NCBI GenBank assembly: GCA_023213395.1
Contig: CM041465.1
Coordinates: 36,711,741 to 36,775,740, forward strand
Length of the DNA stretch: 64,000 nt
DNA from: Cycas panzhihuaensis
Lineage: Eukaryota > Plantae > Cycadophyta
Direction of reading: 5' to 3'
Shown: positions 1 through 13,062 of the stretch, in pieces
Position numbering within the stretch: the first letter of the stretch is position 1
Layout of the letters: each line of letters starts with the position of its first letter
Notes under the pieces: generated by a model
The model's input: the letters and a program-made list of their open reading frames with translations, nothing else
The model's database searches: none
What the model was told of the DNA's origin: nothing
Translations under genes and position numbers: made by a program

Positions 1-538
1 AATCGTCATTCAGAGACCTTTGATTTGAATGGTCATATGCTATATTTTTAACCATATTTTGGAATGCTACAATTTCTTGCCCCTTAAAATAATACTTCAC
101 CCTCGAAGTATTGATAATTGCTTGTAGCTCTGTCGAATCTTCGACCACCTCCTGCTAAATCTTGTAGGTCATGAAGATTTGGCTCGATCTTGCATCTTCT
201 ATGGAGCTTTGCTAGCAGACATTTAACATTTGTCAATGTTTGTTCCTGTACTCAGGTACATGTTGTATCTACATCAGGGGGATCTTGGGACATGTGAGGT
301 GTCTCAGTTGTCGTGCCCTAATCTTGCCTTGTGTTTACACATTTTGTTTTCAAATAAAATGGTTTATGGAAGGAGAAGAATCGATCATAAGGGTCATAGA
401 TTGGTGATTGCTTATTGTGAAAAGAAAAAGAAAAGGTGGAATTATGAGCTAAGATTAAGCATAACTTTGAAGGTATAGGAAGAAGGAATAAATTTTGAAA
501 TCTACCTTAGATGGACATGGAAATTTGTGCAAGTTTTA

Positions 539-1532
539 TTAGATCACAACACTTTTTGGGGGAGAGAGAGAGAGATAAGGAATCAATGATAGATGTTCTT
601 TATGAAAGAAATATTTTAACAGGTTTTTAGGAATGGTATTTAGACAAAAGGAAATATTTAATGGAAAAAAATAATATTGATGATATGAAACTGAAGGACT
701 TTGGGAAAAGTTGAACAGGGTTTTGTAAGGGGTAATACTAAGAGGCGAAACTTGATGAACAGATTGAAATTGAAGGGTGTCCTGTTGAGGATTGTTTATA
801 GGGGTTGAAGGAGTAGGTGAGTAAAGAGATGGACTAAGGTTACAGAAAGGAATTAGAATTTGACCTACGAAAAAACTAAGGTTAGGAAAATTAGGAGCAT
901 GGATAACTATGGGTTGAGGAAAGAAGGACTTTTGTATTGCTATTGAACTAGGGAAAGAGAGAGGACATACAAAACTATCGAACAAAATGTGCATGTGTAA
1001 TGCAGGATCATTGGGTACCTTGCATGGGATTTGTCGAGAAAAATCTGCTTGTTCTTCATTGTCTTTGTATTGCTCCTGTGTTACTTCACCTTGGATTTCT
1101 TCTCTGATATTGAAATGAGACTCTTCTGTGGCTTGTGTATGCTCCAAGTCTTCTATGTCGTCATATTGTTTTCTTTGGGCTAGATCTCATTCTAGCACTT
1201 ACAAAAGCTCTATGATCTCCTCATTAATAATGTCTTCTTCTTGCCCTTCCTCATCTACTTGAATCTCACCTTGCTTATGTTTTTTAAAAGTTGTGGTAGC
1301 TGCATCTGAAAATTGGTACCATAGAAAAGGTTCTTTAGCCCAATTAATGAACCACTGATAAGCTTGTCCATTCAGTATCATTTTTAATAATGGTCCATAT
1401 TCTTCCATTTCTGTGTTGGACGTAAACTCAAAATCTTCTATCAATTTTTTCATGCTCCCATAATCCTCCAAATTAAAAAAGCCTGTCTCCATTTTTTCTC
1501 AGGCTTTATATATTTCAAATGTTCTTCCCATA
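539..1532 (-). pseudogene. Degenerate gag-like ORF (broken into 1199-1492 and 539-1147)
   Basis: Starts just after the PBS. 'LKMILNGQAYQWF' resembles the Retrotrans_gag L.G.A..W motif; followed by acidic and Pro/Ser-rich sequence. Confidence 0.5.
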
Positions 1533-1576
1533 ATTTTCTATGCACTTTTCTTTCGAAACGAAGCTCTGATACCACT

Positions 1577-2159
1577 TGTAGCGTTCTAGTTCTACTTTCA
1601 TAGCAATTTTCCTCAAAATATAGGTAATAATCTAAAAAAATAATAACTAGATGTTATTCAACAGGGAAATGAACAAGGAACAGGAATTATAGGATCCATC
1701 AAAGTAAATAATAATCTTTATTGTCAAATAATACCAAAATAGAACGAAATTACAACAAATTACTAGTCTTTCTTGAAGAAGTAAGCTTCCATCTTTGAGG
1801 TGAGGAACCCTCCAAACTACAACCCCCAAAAGGGAGAGCTAATTGCAGCCATAAAACCAAAAATGCGCGACCAAAAGAACCTTCAACGAATGATGAAATG
1901 AGGCCGCAAATCCTCCTTAAATAGGCGGCCAAAGGATAGTAATAGAAGTCGACCAGAAAATATGATATTCTTCTTAATACTGCTCAAATAGAAGTCGAAC
2001 AACACTTCTCCAAAAATTGGCAAGTTGACTTTAAATGGTCATAACTTTTGATAAAGATCTCAGAATTGACTTTCATCTAAACCATTGGAATCATCGTTCA
2101 GAGACCTTTGATTTGAATGGTCATATGCTATACTTTTAACCATATTTTGGAATGCTACA
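1577..2159 (-). repeat. 5' LTR (583 bp) of the small element
   Basis: TG...CA termini with a 6-bp inverted repeat; adjacent PBS; right end repeated at 1-71. Confidence 0.85.
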
Positions 2160-5100
2160 TTATTGTTGTCATTTATCAACAACATGAAGAATAATTTTCA
2201 TCTCCTTTTAGTATGTGGAGAGACGAAACTCATGATTTTTCAATTTTTTGTTTTTGAATACAATAGGGTGTGAGTCTTGTATCAGGACTACACCTAGGGC
2301 AAATTTAGAGGCATCACATTCAAGTTGGAAAGGCTAGTTGAAATTAGCAGTGATGAGGACTAGGGTAGAGGTCATTACGACCTTGAGATGAGAAAAAGCG
2401 ACGTCAGCTTCTGGGGACCATTGAAAAGCATCTTTATGCAGGAGATTAGTTAAGGGGGTAGTGAGGGAGGTGTAATTATACACAAGACATCAATAGAATC
2501 CTGTGAGGTCGAGGAATGCACATATAGTTGCGTAAGGGTGATGGGTGTTGGCTAAGTCGTGATGATAGGTATTTTATCGGGGTCCCTACACATATTCCTT
2601 CCGATGATTTGATATGCCCCAAGTATTTGGGTTTAGATTACCCAAACTCGCACTTAGATAATTTCGCATAGAGTTGGTGGTTTTGTAATGTTTAAAGAAT
2701 AATTTCTAGGTGTTGGATATGGTGGTCTAGATAGACATTATAAATGAGGATATCATCAAAAAAGACTATGACGAATTTTTGGAGATAGGGGCCAAAACTT
2801 TTATGCATGAGAGCCTAGAAAGTTGTCAGAGCATTACAAAGGTTAAAGGGCATTGTGTGAAACTCAAAATGGTCGTGATGTGTCTAAAATGCCATCTTAT
2901 GGCAATCTTCTAGGGTAATTGGGATCTGGTAGTAACCAGACTGAAGGTTTAACTTAGAAAAAATAGTTGCTCCATGGATTTTGTCCAACATATCATCTAT
3001 GGAATTTATTTTTTATGGTAATTTTATTTAGTTCCTTATAATTGACGCAGAGGTAGAAGGAACCATCTTTCTTCCTAACCGAAATGATTAGAGCCGCGTA
3101 AGGGCTTTTGGTTGGTTGGATTATGCCCATGTCCATGAATTCGGTCGTTTCTTAATTTTGTTTGTTTGAAAGTATGAGTTGTGGTAGGGTCTCAGGTTAA
3201 TAGGGTCGTGATTGGATTAGAGGTCAACTATGTGATAGGAGCCATGATCGGGTGGGGTGGTGGCTGGCAGAGGGGCAAATACATGCTCATATCAGGTAAT
3301 GACATTCTGAATGTGTGGGTGAATCTGTGGTTTGATTTGAATATCGTTGAGGCGCACTATATATCCTAGGTGGGATTGAAGATGGAATTTCATGTATCCT
3401 GGTAAAATCACTTGGTTAGGAAGGCACTGCATTCCATAAATATTGTGATTTCAACCATTTTGGTCTTTGAAACTGATGAATGGGTTATTGGGTGAGTTAT
3501 TCATAGTATAAGTTCCTAGGTTTTGAAACTATTGAATCTCCAAGATAACATGAGATCCTCCTATTGATAAGGTATAGAAATATGACACCAAAAGATAGGT
3601 GCTGATTTGGACTTGGAGGTTTTTAATAACACTAGTGTAATGGAGCTTTTGGTGCCCTAGTAGAGAATAGGTGAAGCCAACTTTTGTTACTATATATAGG
3701 TTAAGTTGTTGGGCAATAGAGATATTAAGGAAATTGACCGACACACCATCGTCAATCAAGATTGACATTGGAGTCTTGCAAATAATGCCTCTAACTTGTA
3801 GGGGTTTGGAACAAGAGGTGGTGGTGATAACGAATAATGATACTTTAGGGTGAGGTTCTGGGTGGGGTCATCATGGGTTTCATCTTCAGCCTCATGTTTA
3901 GAGTCAGAGTCAAAGGATTCATTGGGGGATATGGATGGGTCAACGGAAGAAACCATGCGTTGCACCTTGCAAAAGCGATCATGCTCAGAAGTCTACTTTT
4001 TCGTACACTTCATATAGAGGTTGACCTTTAGTCAGCATTGTGCTTTAGCTGGGAAAATTTAGACTCTTTTGGTGGATGAATCGTCATTTTGTCAGTCAGT
4101 AGCTAAGCAGGTGGATCATCCTGTTACGATCTGGGACGTATGAAGTCAGATTTGAGGATAGATAACATCATCAATTTGAGGCCACGGTTGTTGAAAGTAT
4201 AATTGTCAAGTGTGTGAGGACCAAGGGTTATTCGACAAGTAGTTAAGGGTCTATTTGCTGTAAATTTGGCCTCTATTGTTCAGGGCCACTTGAATGCTGT
4301 TTTAAGGGAGTGAATTGTCATTGTCTTTAGTCTCATTTGAATATGATCTTGGATTCCAACTACATAAATATCGATCACTGTTTGTTTGTCCAAGTTTTGG
4401 ATTTTTAGCAAGCAATTATACAAAGCTTATAATTCATTAGTGTAGGCCTCCACCATTGTAGTCTATTTAAGCCGAGTAAGTTACATGAAGAAAGATTGAC
4501 TCCATGTGCCTTCGTATTGTTCAAAAAAATAGCTTGTGAAGTGGAACCATGTGAGGTGGGAGGGATATTCTTGTTTCTACTACTTGAATCAATGGTGGGC
4601 CCACCCATTGAGGTGGATGGAGGCGTACAAGAGTTGATGTTCCTCTGACATCAGGTGGAGTGTGAAATATGATTCCAACTTGTTGATCCAGTTTTGAGTG
4701 CACTCTCTATTCACATTTGGATTAAATGTGGGAATATTGATTTTATGGTGGATAAATGGATGCCTTGGTGGATAACCTCCTAGAGATGCATTCCTTCCTT
4801 GGGGGGGGGGGGGAGCTTTACCCATCATATTAGAAGTCCCAATGCTTTGGGATTGGGATTGCAATATTTATTGGAGTGATGAAAGAATTTCTTGTTTGAT
4901 GCCCCTAATGTTTAATTTTGTTGGGAGGTCATCAATTTTGTTATTAACCTCTATTTTGAAGTTGTGCAAGTTCTGGGTCAATTCAACAATTTTTTCTTCT
5001 TGTGTTATTGGTGTCATTAGATCTGTAGAAGGGGCTTAAAGGAGTGGGAATAAGCAGGAATAAGGGTAAATATATGAAGTGGGAAAGAGTAAGAGAATGG

Positions 5101-6369
5101 AATGTAAGAACTAGGGGGTTGATATAGGGACGAGAAAGAGGCAAAGAGGGGAATGTGGGGTGTCTATAGCCTGTTGACCCCAAAATTTACATGAACAGGA
5201 ACCTAGTCCACTAGGACGAGCGTGAAAAGCTCGTCGAAATGGGTATATGAGATTTAAGATGAGTTTTAGGTGGTAGGGCCCAGTAGTGACCTGGATATTA
5301 AGAAGTGTGAAAATTATTTGCAAGAATTAACTTAATGCAAAATGACTAGCATAATGTACTGATCGAAATAAGATATATAAATTTGAGTGGTAATTTTCTT
5401 TTGTGGACTAGTATCATGAAGTATGACTAAGTGGAGTTTTTTTTCTTTTCTTTTTCTCTTGCTTTTATTTTTTATTTTCTCTTTTTTTCTTTTTCTCTCT
5501 CTTTTTTTTGGGGGGTTAAATGTAAAGCATTCTACTAACCACCAGATAGGGTGTGTTTGGTCTTGTAGGCCTATTAATAAACTTCTTATTTAGAAGTTTA
5601 GAGCAGGTAGCTTTGTAGCGTTAATTGCTAATCACTGCATTCTAGGACTTCGATGACTAGTAGGTTGCTTATACTAGGAAGGATTCAAGCCCTATAAAGG
5701 TCCTCCTATATACCCAAAAGTATGTGGAGGCACAATTCCATAGCTGGGTTCTGTTTAGGGCTTGATTTAGGAGTGTTATCTCTAGTCCTTCACGCAAGGG
5801 GCAAAAGAAATTCCCCTTCCCTTGTGACTCTTGAGTAGTGTTGGTTCTATTCCTTAATCTCTATATAGAGAGTACTAAGAAAAGGTCTTTCCTCAATCCC
5901 TACTTGGGTAGAGAGAGTACTCGCTCTGGCAGAGAGAGAAAAAAAATTCTCAATTTTTTTTCTTTGTTGAGCACTTCCTACGATCACGAACTTCACTCTG
6001 ATACCGTTTGGAGTGTTTCTTTCTAGAAAATCAACTTTGCAAATGCAGATTAACAGAAATGAAAGCCAAATATCACTTTAGTGAGAACAAAATATGCAAA
6101 CAAGTCACAAATTGAATACCAAAATTAGTGTTGAAATACTTTCTCTTCAAAAGATAATAATATTCAACAATCTTTTGCAAGTGACACTCGACCTGTTAAA
6201 TAAATATGTGGGGGTCTTCTTCCTTGTGATTCTATTGGTGGCTCTAGCAATCTTACATCTTATCAGAGGGGTTAACGGCCCATGCATAGATCTTAATAAC
6301 TAATATCAATCATTAACCCTTTGGTGGCTCTTGCTTTCTAGTGCTTAGGAAATGTGGGGTTACGTTACA
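2160..6369 (-). mobile_element. Old Ty3/Gypsy (chromovirus-type) element, interrupted in its RNase H by the 1-2159 element
   Basis: Minus-strand remnants: gag (~4200-4900), protease 'ILIDDGVSVNFL' (~3740), RT '[10 protein letters not shown]', 'MPFNLCNA', 'VFFDDILIY', RNase H 'ALGVVLIQD'. Degenerate Met PBS actctgataccg at 5995-6006. Putative LTR 6009-~6369 (right end uncertain). Confidence 0.8.
2165..4900 (-). pseudogene. Gypsy gag-pol remnant (gag, protease, RT, start of RNase H)
   Basis: Recognisable domain motifs in Gypsy order, with many stops and frameshifts. Confidence 0.8.
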
Positions 6370-8237
6370 CTTTTTTTTCATAGTTGTAATATCATGCATG
6401 TTTTTCCTCGATGTGAAGGCAATTGTCTTTTATTTTTCCTTTGAAAGAAAATGGACTCCATTATACTTCCAACTCTAGCTTTTGAATATCATGTCAATCT
6501 TGAAAACTTGGCATAGTCTCTCAATTGGAAGAAGCTTGTTGAAACATAAAAGCATATTTTGTCCAACCACACTTCAAGTAATTAAGGATACCTTGAGGCT
6601 TGTGCCTACACATCCATGCCCATTCAATAGAAATATTGCGCATGAAAAACTTTATTCCCAAACATAGAGGATTGATTTAAACCATATGCTAAAAATTTCC
6701 AGCTTCATTGGTGACCTCCTGTTATATATCATTTTCCTTCTATGTATATCCTTTAAGTTTGGCAACATCTTTAATTATTAGAATTCATGGTACTTGTACC
6801 ATTGCCCTTTTGTTGTATCGAATTAAGTTTTAGTTAGTCAACTATGTAATGTTACCTAATTTCATAAAAGATCAATGAAGTTATCTTTCCAATCTTTGTG
6901 GATTTTATCAGCAACCTTTACATCTTTAAATGTCTCCTCCATTTTTACTTGTTATAAATGAAAATGTCTCTTGAAAGGGTCATCTTCCTACATTTTCTCA
7001 AGCTTTTCCTTTCTAGTTTTACATTCTTGTCATAAATCCTTTGCATAATAAATGCATCACATCCCTTTTTGTGGAAAGCATGTCTTTCATGGGTTACATT
7101 TATGAGAATCTTATGCCTAATAAGATAGATTACAATTGAATGATTTATTTGTTGAGGCTATAGGCTCTATAATTATTGTCCTTTGTTTAAACATTTGATG
7201 GTTTATTATGAAATCAAATGCTAGATATAATGGGCACCATAGATTTCTATAAGGGTTGGCATATGTTTTGAATGCCCAATCATATTACAGACTTATGTAA
7301 GGGCATAGACAGGAGGAGATGTTAATGTTGAGTGCATGCTTTGAATGCCTAAATTGCTTGAAAGTATTAATTAAGACATAGACAAGATGTTTAGATTAGG
7401 TTGTCATGGGGCTAACGTATTGGCATTAAGTATATATGTAGAGTATCCATACTATAAATCTTTAAGTGCATCTTGATGGCATTAAATGAGAAAGTGAAAA
7501 TGCTTAATTGTTATAGATATTCTTACTAATCATATATTTGATGAAAGATAAGGATTAGTTATTCTTGATGATGTTATGGCCTCTTGTTTGATTTCATCTT
7601 CTTCTATGATTGGATCTACTATTGTCTTGGGCCTATCCAATGATCAACTATAGAAATTTGAGTGTTTATCCATAAATTCCAGATACCCTATTTAGCAAAA
7701 ATAGATACAAAAAAATAGATTCTATATGAGACCTATATCGATAACATTGAGTAGGCCAATTCTAAAAATTTTGCATAATTGAATTGTTATTTGGAGAAAC
7801 TAATGTTATGATCACATGAAGAGCTATCTGAAGATTATATGGAGGAATTGATATTGAGCATGGTGGTCATGATCATTGACTCCGCCAAAAACTTTCTCGA
7901 AGAATCCACCTAGTTACCATTGACAGATCAATTAGGCAAGATGATGAAATAAAATGAAACAGGACTTGTGTAAGATTGCCCGTATCTCTGTCCACTAATG
8001 AAATGATAGTATTTGTTCTAGGCCTTGTTTCTTGCCTTAATTGAGATTATATTGTATAATGTGAATGCCATGTTAAGAGATCCATTAGTAGGAACACTTG
8101 TCAAGAACCTAAAATATATACAATTTTATGTTGTGCATGCTACCAACTTATGACTGCTTGACATGCTACAACACAAATTATTTTACATGTCTATGGCCCC
8201 AAGCTGGGTTTCATAGCTTCATACACAAACAATCAAA

Positions 8238-11200
8238 TAGAAGGGAAGTCAAATTGGAAATCTCTCAAGGCAACAAGATGAGTTTCTAGTTCTTAGAAAA
8301 ATCTTTGAAAAAGCAGTGTAGGTTGGTGTGTCCTTAAACTTCCCATGCAATATCACCAAATATTTCCTAATGTCAATATAATTAGTGCATTAGGGCTTGA
8401 TCTACTACTTGCAGTTTTTGTGTGCAAAGTCGAATCCCTCTTCTCTATTAATCTTATTATTGTTAGACAGAGAGACTAGACATCAAGGATAATATCTACT
8501 ACAAACTTCATTTCATGATGATCATTGATCCTACATTAAAACAAGTCACTTGATATTGCTTTATAGATTGTTATTTAATATATCACAATAAATATATCAT
8601 CATCAATATTAAATCATCCTCCAGAGGTCACTATTATGCATGAGGCTTAAGGGTGTGTCAAGAAATGTCCATCCATCTTGCATCACACAACCCACTAGTG
8701 CCTTCCCCACAATTTGCAGATGGATGTAGAGGCATACACCCATTCTAGTCTACTAAACTTTAAGGGATAAAGTCTACATATAACCTTCTTTAAAATATTT
8801 CTCTCTTAAGTTCAAAAGGCATCAAAGAGAAAAAAGATGAACTAGTTTCTCAAATCCTCATATCTACAAGTTTTTTTCCTCTCTATTCATGCTACGTCTA
8901 CTATTCTTTTATTCCTTAATTTGCTTACTCTAATGGGAAATATATGTTGTTGTTTTTTGAGTTTCTTTTTAAACATACTTTTCCTTTTCTTTTCTTTTTT
9001 TCCTACTTTAGATTCTAGCTTCAAGCATGGCAAGTTATCCCTCATAGAATCTTAGAGCTTGCTTCACATAACCTAGTTTTCTAGATTAACATGTAGTTTG
9101 AACATGCACAATCTAGTAATCGACCACCATTCCATGGCAATGGTGCTTAAATGATAGGTATTTCTTTGGGTACAACAATCCTCAAGCATCTTATCAAACC
9201 AAGGATGTAAGCTTATGAATGGTGGAAAGAAATCTACCTCGACTACCAAATCCTAAACATAAAAAACAAGTGTGCATACATACACACAAATCGATCAAAT
9301 TACCATCACATAGTTTCTCATCCCTCGATTGTTTGCTAATATTTATGAAGTAGTACAGGTACTCATGCAAGATTAAAAACACACACCTAATCTATAAAGG
9401 GTTCTATCTCTCAAAATGCCACATGCAGGTTATATAACTACCCACCCATTTCTTGAACTAATAAGCTTGGGTGTTTGGATGAGAGATGAACACAAGAACA
9501 CAACCCTCCATTCTAATTTCATTTAAAGGAAATGAATTTATACATGTCATGTCAACTATAAGTTAGTTGGAGGGGCCAACCACCTTCTAATTGGCTTGGA
9601 ATGAACTTTTAACTAACCATCAGAAGACCATTTAGTCAAACAACTAATTAAGAAGTAAAAAAAAAAAATCCTTACAAATAATACCATGAGAAACAAAAGC
9701 ATAATGAATAATAGAACAATTATAGTACAAACTCATGAAACAAAACAATTCCATGAAATATAAAGAAAACCTAAGACAAAATTTATAGACTATATAACCA
9801 TCAATCAACATAATAACATGTGGTAAAAGACACCAATTCTAAAATTTTCAATAACAAACTCTATCAAAGAAAGTGATTTTCCAAATAACACCATCATAGA
9901 CAAAAGTATAATAAATGATGCAACAAATAAAGCACAAGAAAAAATCATTACAAGCAAAACATAAAAAGAATACCAAAAAATATACATCACACTAATTGAA
10001 ATCATGGGCATATGTCCCTACAATAAACATAATATGATAACATTTACAACAAACGCAATCATGAAAATATTTCCAATAATAATTCTCCTATAGAAAGAAC
10101 TAAAGTAGAAAACAAAATAAAATTAAAAACAATGCAAATGTTAAAACACCATGTAAAAAGAATATATTAAAATATGAAAATATTCATCATATTATCTGAG
10201 ATCACAAGCATATGGCCTTGTAATAAACATAATCGAGTAATATTTTTAACAGGCACAATCAAGTAAATACTTTAACTAATAATAACCAAAATAAATAAAT
10301 AAATATTCCAAATGTTTAGTAACATAGTTGCCAATATAAATTTTTTGATAATAAAATCTGAAGAAACAATCTCATAAATAATACCATCACAAATAATGTA
10401 GAGTACATAATATAACGAATGAAGTACAAACTTGAAAAACAAAAATTACATATGATGGTAAAGAAAATCCAAGGTATGACTTAATAATTGAACTAAATTT
10501 TACAATTCAAAAAATATATAAACACCAATAAATACTAAAACATGTAATAAAATCCATTAATATAAAAATTCCCCTAACAATTTTTTTTTTTGTTTTTAAA
10601 TAATAATGTTGTCACAAATAAAAGAACAATCAATATTATAATAAATAAATCATGAGCACAAATAAATATTGTTGCAAGCAAAATTTTAAAAAATAATATT
10701 AAAATATGAAAAAATATCCATTATACTAGATAAGTCACAAGCATATGGCCTTGTGATAAACACAATCAAGAAAATACTTTGTCATAACAAGGAAATGAAA
10801 TAGACAATAAAACAAAATATAAGAAATCATTCTATAACCCTTTGAAAACAATAATGCAAACATCAAGATCAATCTAACATGTACCAATTATAAAAGTTAT
10901 TTAATTTTACAATTTTAAATCTAGTAATTTAGTAATTAATCTATGAATAGGAAAAATGAAAATTACAATAAAAAATAAAGAAAAAACATTTGTAAAATTA
11001 ATACATGATCATTCAAATACTTCAAGAGGCATTAAAGACAAAGCATCTTATCACAAAAGATAATCAAAACTTGCATTAAAATAATAATAATACTAATTCT
11101 ATGATAAACAAAACAAAAGTAAAAATATAAAATAAAACAAATTATAAGCAATCATTTTAGAACTATCAAAAAATAATAATGTAAATATTAGCCAATCTAA

Positions 11201-12444
11201 CATGGTAATACATATAGTAAATGTTACAAAACATAATTAATGTTGATTTATGTTGGTATTGGTGGTCTTAACAGTGGTATGACTATAAATATATAATCAT
11301 TTTGGGTTAATAATTTGAGTAAGTTCTCTTATGGGGTTTTCGTAAAAGAGGTTACCATGTTAGATTGATGTTTATTTTATCTGCAATTTTATACTCACAT
11401 ATTAGCATTTTATCCTGTTTTTACCTATGATCCTATGGAAAACTAGCAACATCTAAAACAACAATTGTAAATCTAACAATACAACACATATTAAATGAAC
11501 AAGAAAAATAAAAATTGTGAATAATATTATTAAAATAAAAATTTATTTAAAAAATCAGTATATGACCTTTGAAATACTTTAGAAGACATAACCCTTTCAA
11601 ATACTCTAGAAGACATCAAAGACAAAGCATCCCATCATAAAAAGAAAATTAGAACCTGCCCAACCGCTCTTTAATAAAATTAAGAAATAAAAAACGAGAC
11701 TATATTCACAACTAGCATAAAAGCATCTACCACTTTAAACAACTAGACATCCATTCAAAAAATAATACTAAAAGAGATACGATCCATAATTATAACATGT
11801 ACACTCATATCTAGGTAATATCTAATATACATAATGTGTTGGATGTAATGACTGTTAATGTAATCTACATCCAAAAAAGTAATCAATAGTAGAGACATGT
11901 GTCTTAGACACAATCTGGATAATATAAAATGTCTTTAAAAAGCCTAAAATCAAGGATGTTATCTAATATTATAGCCTTGACAACACCAACGAACACATCA
12001 TATTTGATAAGAACACCTCAAAGAAATAAACTAATGTCAACAACAGATGAATAAGAGATCTGAACTAGTTGCAACAATCTAGACAACCTTCATCAATTTG
12101 AAGTAAATAATGCATGTTATGAGATGGTGTAAACACTTGCATTATAACATTTATAAATCCAAACACTAGACAAATGTAAGTAGTTTTTCTAACATGTTGT
12201 GCATACCCAAAAGTAAGGGGATTTAAACTATTTCATATATATATTTAATGTGATATAAGTAAAATATGGTTTGTCCATACAATAAACAATTATAAATTCA
12301 CACATTAATAAAAGAATAATAAAGTGATATTATCATTGTAAGTCCTAATTACCTTCTTACATATTGTATCCTCCTCTTATCTAAAATATTATATATAAAA
12401 GATAAATAAATATAATATAAATCTATCAAAACATAAATATACTC

Positions 12445-12481
<37 letters not shown>

Positions 12482-13062
12482 AATAATTAATAAAAATAAT
12501 ATAACATAATATAAATAGTATTAATATCATCTCAATACAAATAATATAAATATATGAAGCTATATAGTTGCAAAGAGCATTTATAAATATAAATAAAGGT
12601 AGTTAGGATTCTATCATATTATATGCACTTATTTGTTGAAAATAAATACATAAAAATAACCAACTAGATAAATATACATGGCACTAATTAAAATTAAAAA
12701 ATAAGCAAGCATCTATCCATTCATGAAAATTCATTAGCTATGTGGCAGAGACTACATCTCTTTAAGAATTGTATGTCACAATACCAAAAGATTATCTAAT
12801 GTATGCCTGTCACTTAGCACAATCAAAAGCAATAGTCTTAATGAGAAAGAATACAAAAAGTTTTACTCTAAGGCATATGTTCTTCTTACGTAAGAATTGC
12901 TGGATTTGTAAGAATTAGATGAGGATCTTTTCAAGGATTAAGACATTCCTCCTTGAGTTTAAAACATTAAGAGGGCTCTTGGTTGTGACGTGTAACATGA
13001 GATCTAACATGAACAACATGGGAATGGAAAGCTCATAAGATGTAGTGTTATAAATTTGAATA
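8238..13062. repeat. Tandem duplication unit 1 (~4.8 kb, very AT-rich)
   Basis: Begins tagaagggaagtcaaattgg and is colinear with 13069-17834 plus 22834-22843; roughly 85-90% identical by eye. Confidence 0.95.

Larger units (their letters stand above)
1..2159 (-). mobile_element. Small non-autonomous LTR retrotransposon (Gypsy-like, gag-only/TR-GAG-like); 3' LTR truncated by the window edge
   Basis: 5' LTR 1577-2159 (TGTAGC...GCTACA). Positions 1-71 match 2089-2159 with 3 mismatches. Met-tRNA PBS (gctctgatacca) at 1563-1574; PPT (aaggggcaagaaat on minus) at 72-85. The ~1.5 kb interior has no RT or integrase motifs. Confidence 0.85.

Noticed and set aside
4801-4813. G13 run as a regulatory G-quadruplex
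   Set aside because: It is a slippage-expanded poly-Pro codon run in the decayed gag.
5755-5782. Twister-ribozyme-like words (TAACACT..CC, CAAGCCC) in the conserved Gypsy leader
   Set aside because: The required stems and pseudoknot partners are missing, and the second copy lacks the TAA.
9805-10011. Hydrophobic, membrane-like ORFs (also 14634-14891 and 15413-15607)
   Set aside because: They arise from the T-rich strand of A-rich DNA, and their recurrence is explained by the tandem duplication.
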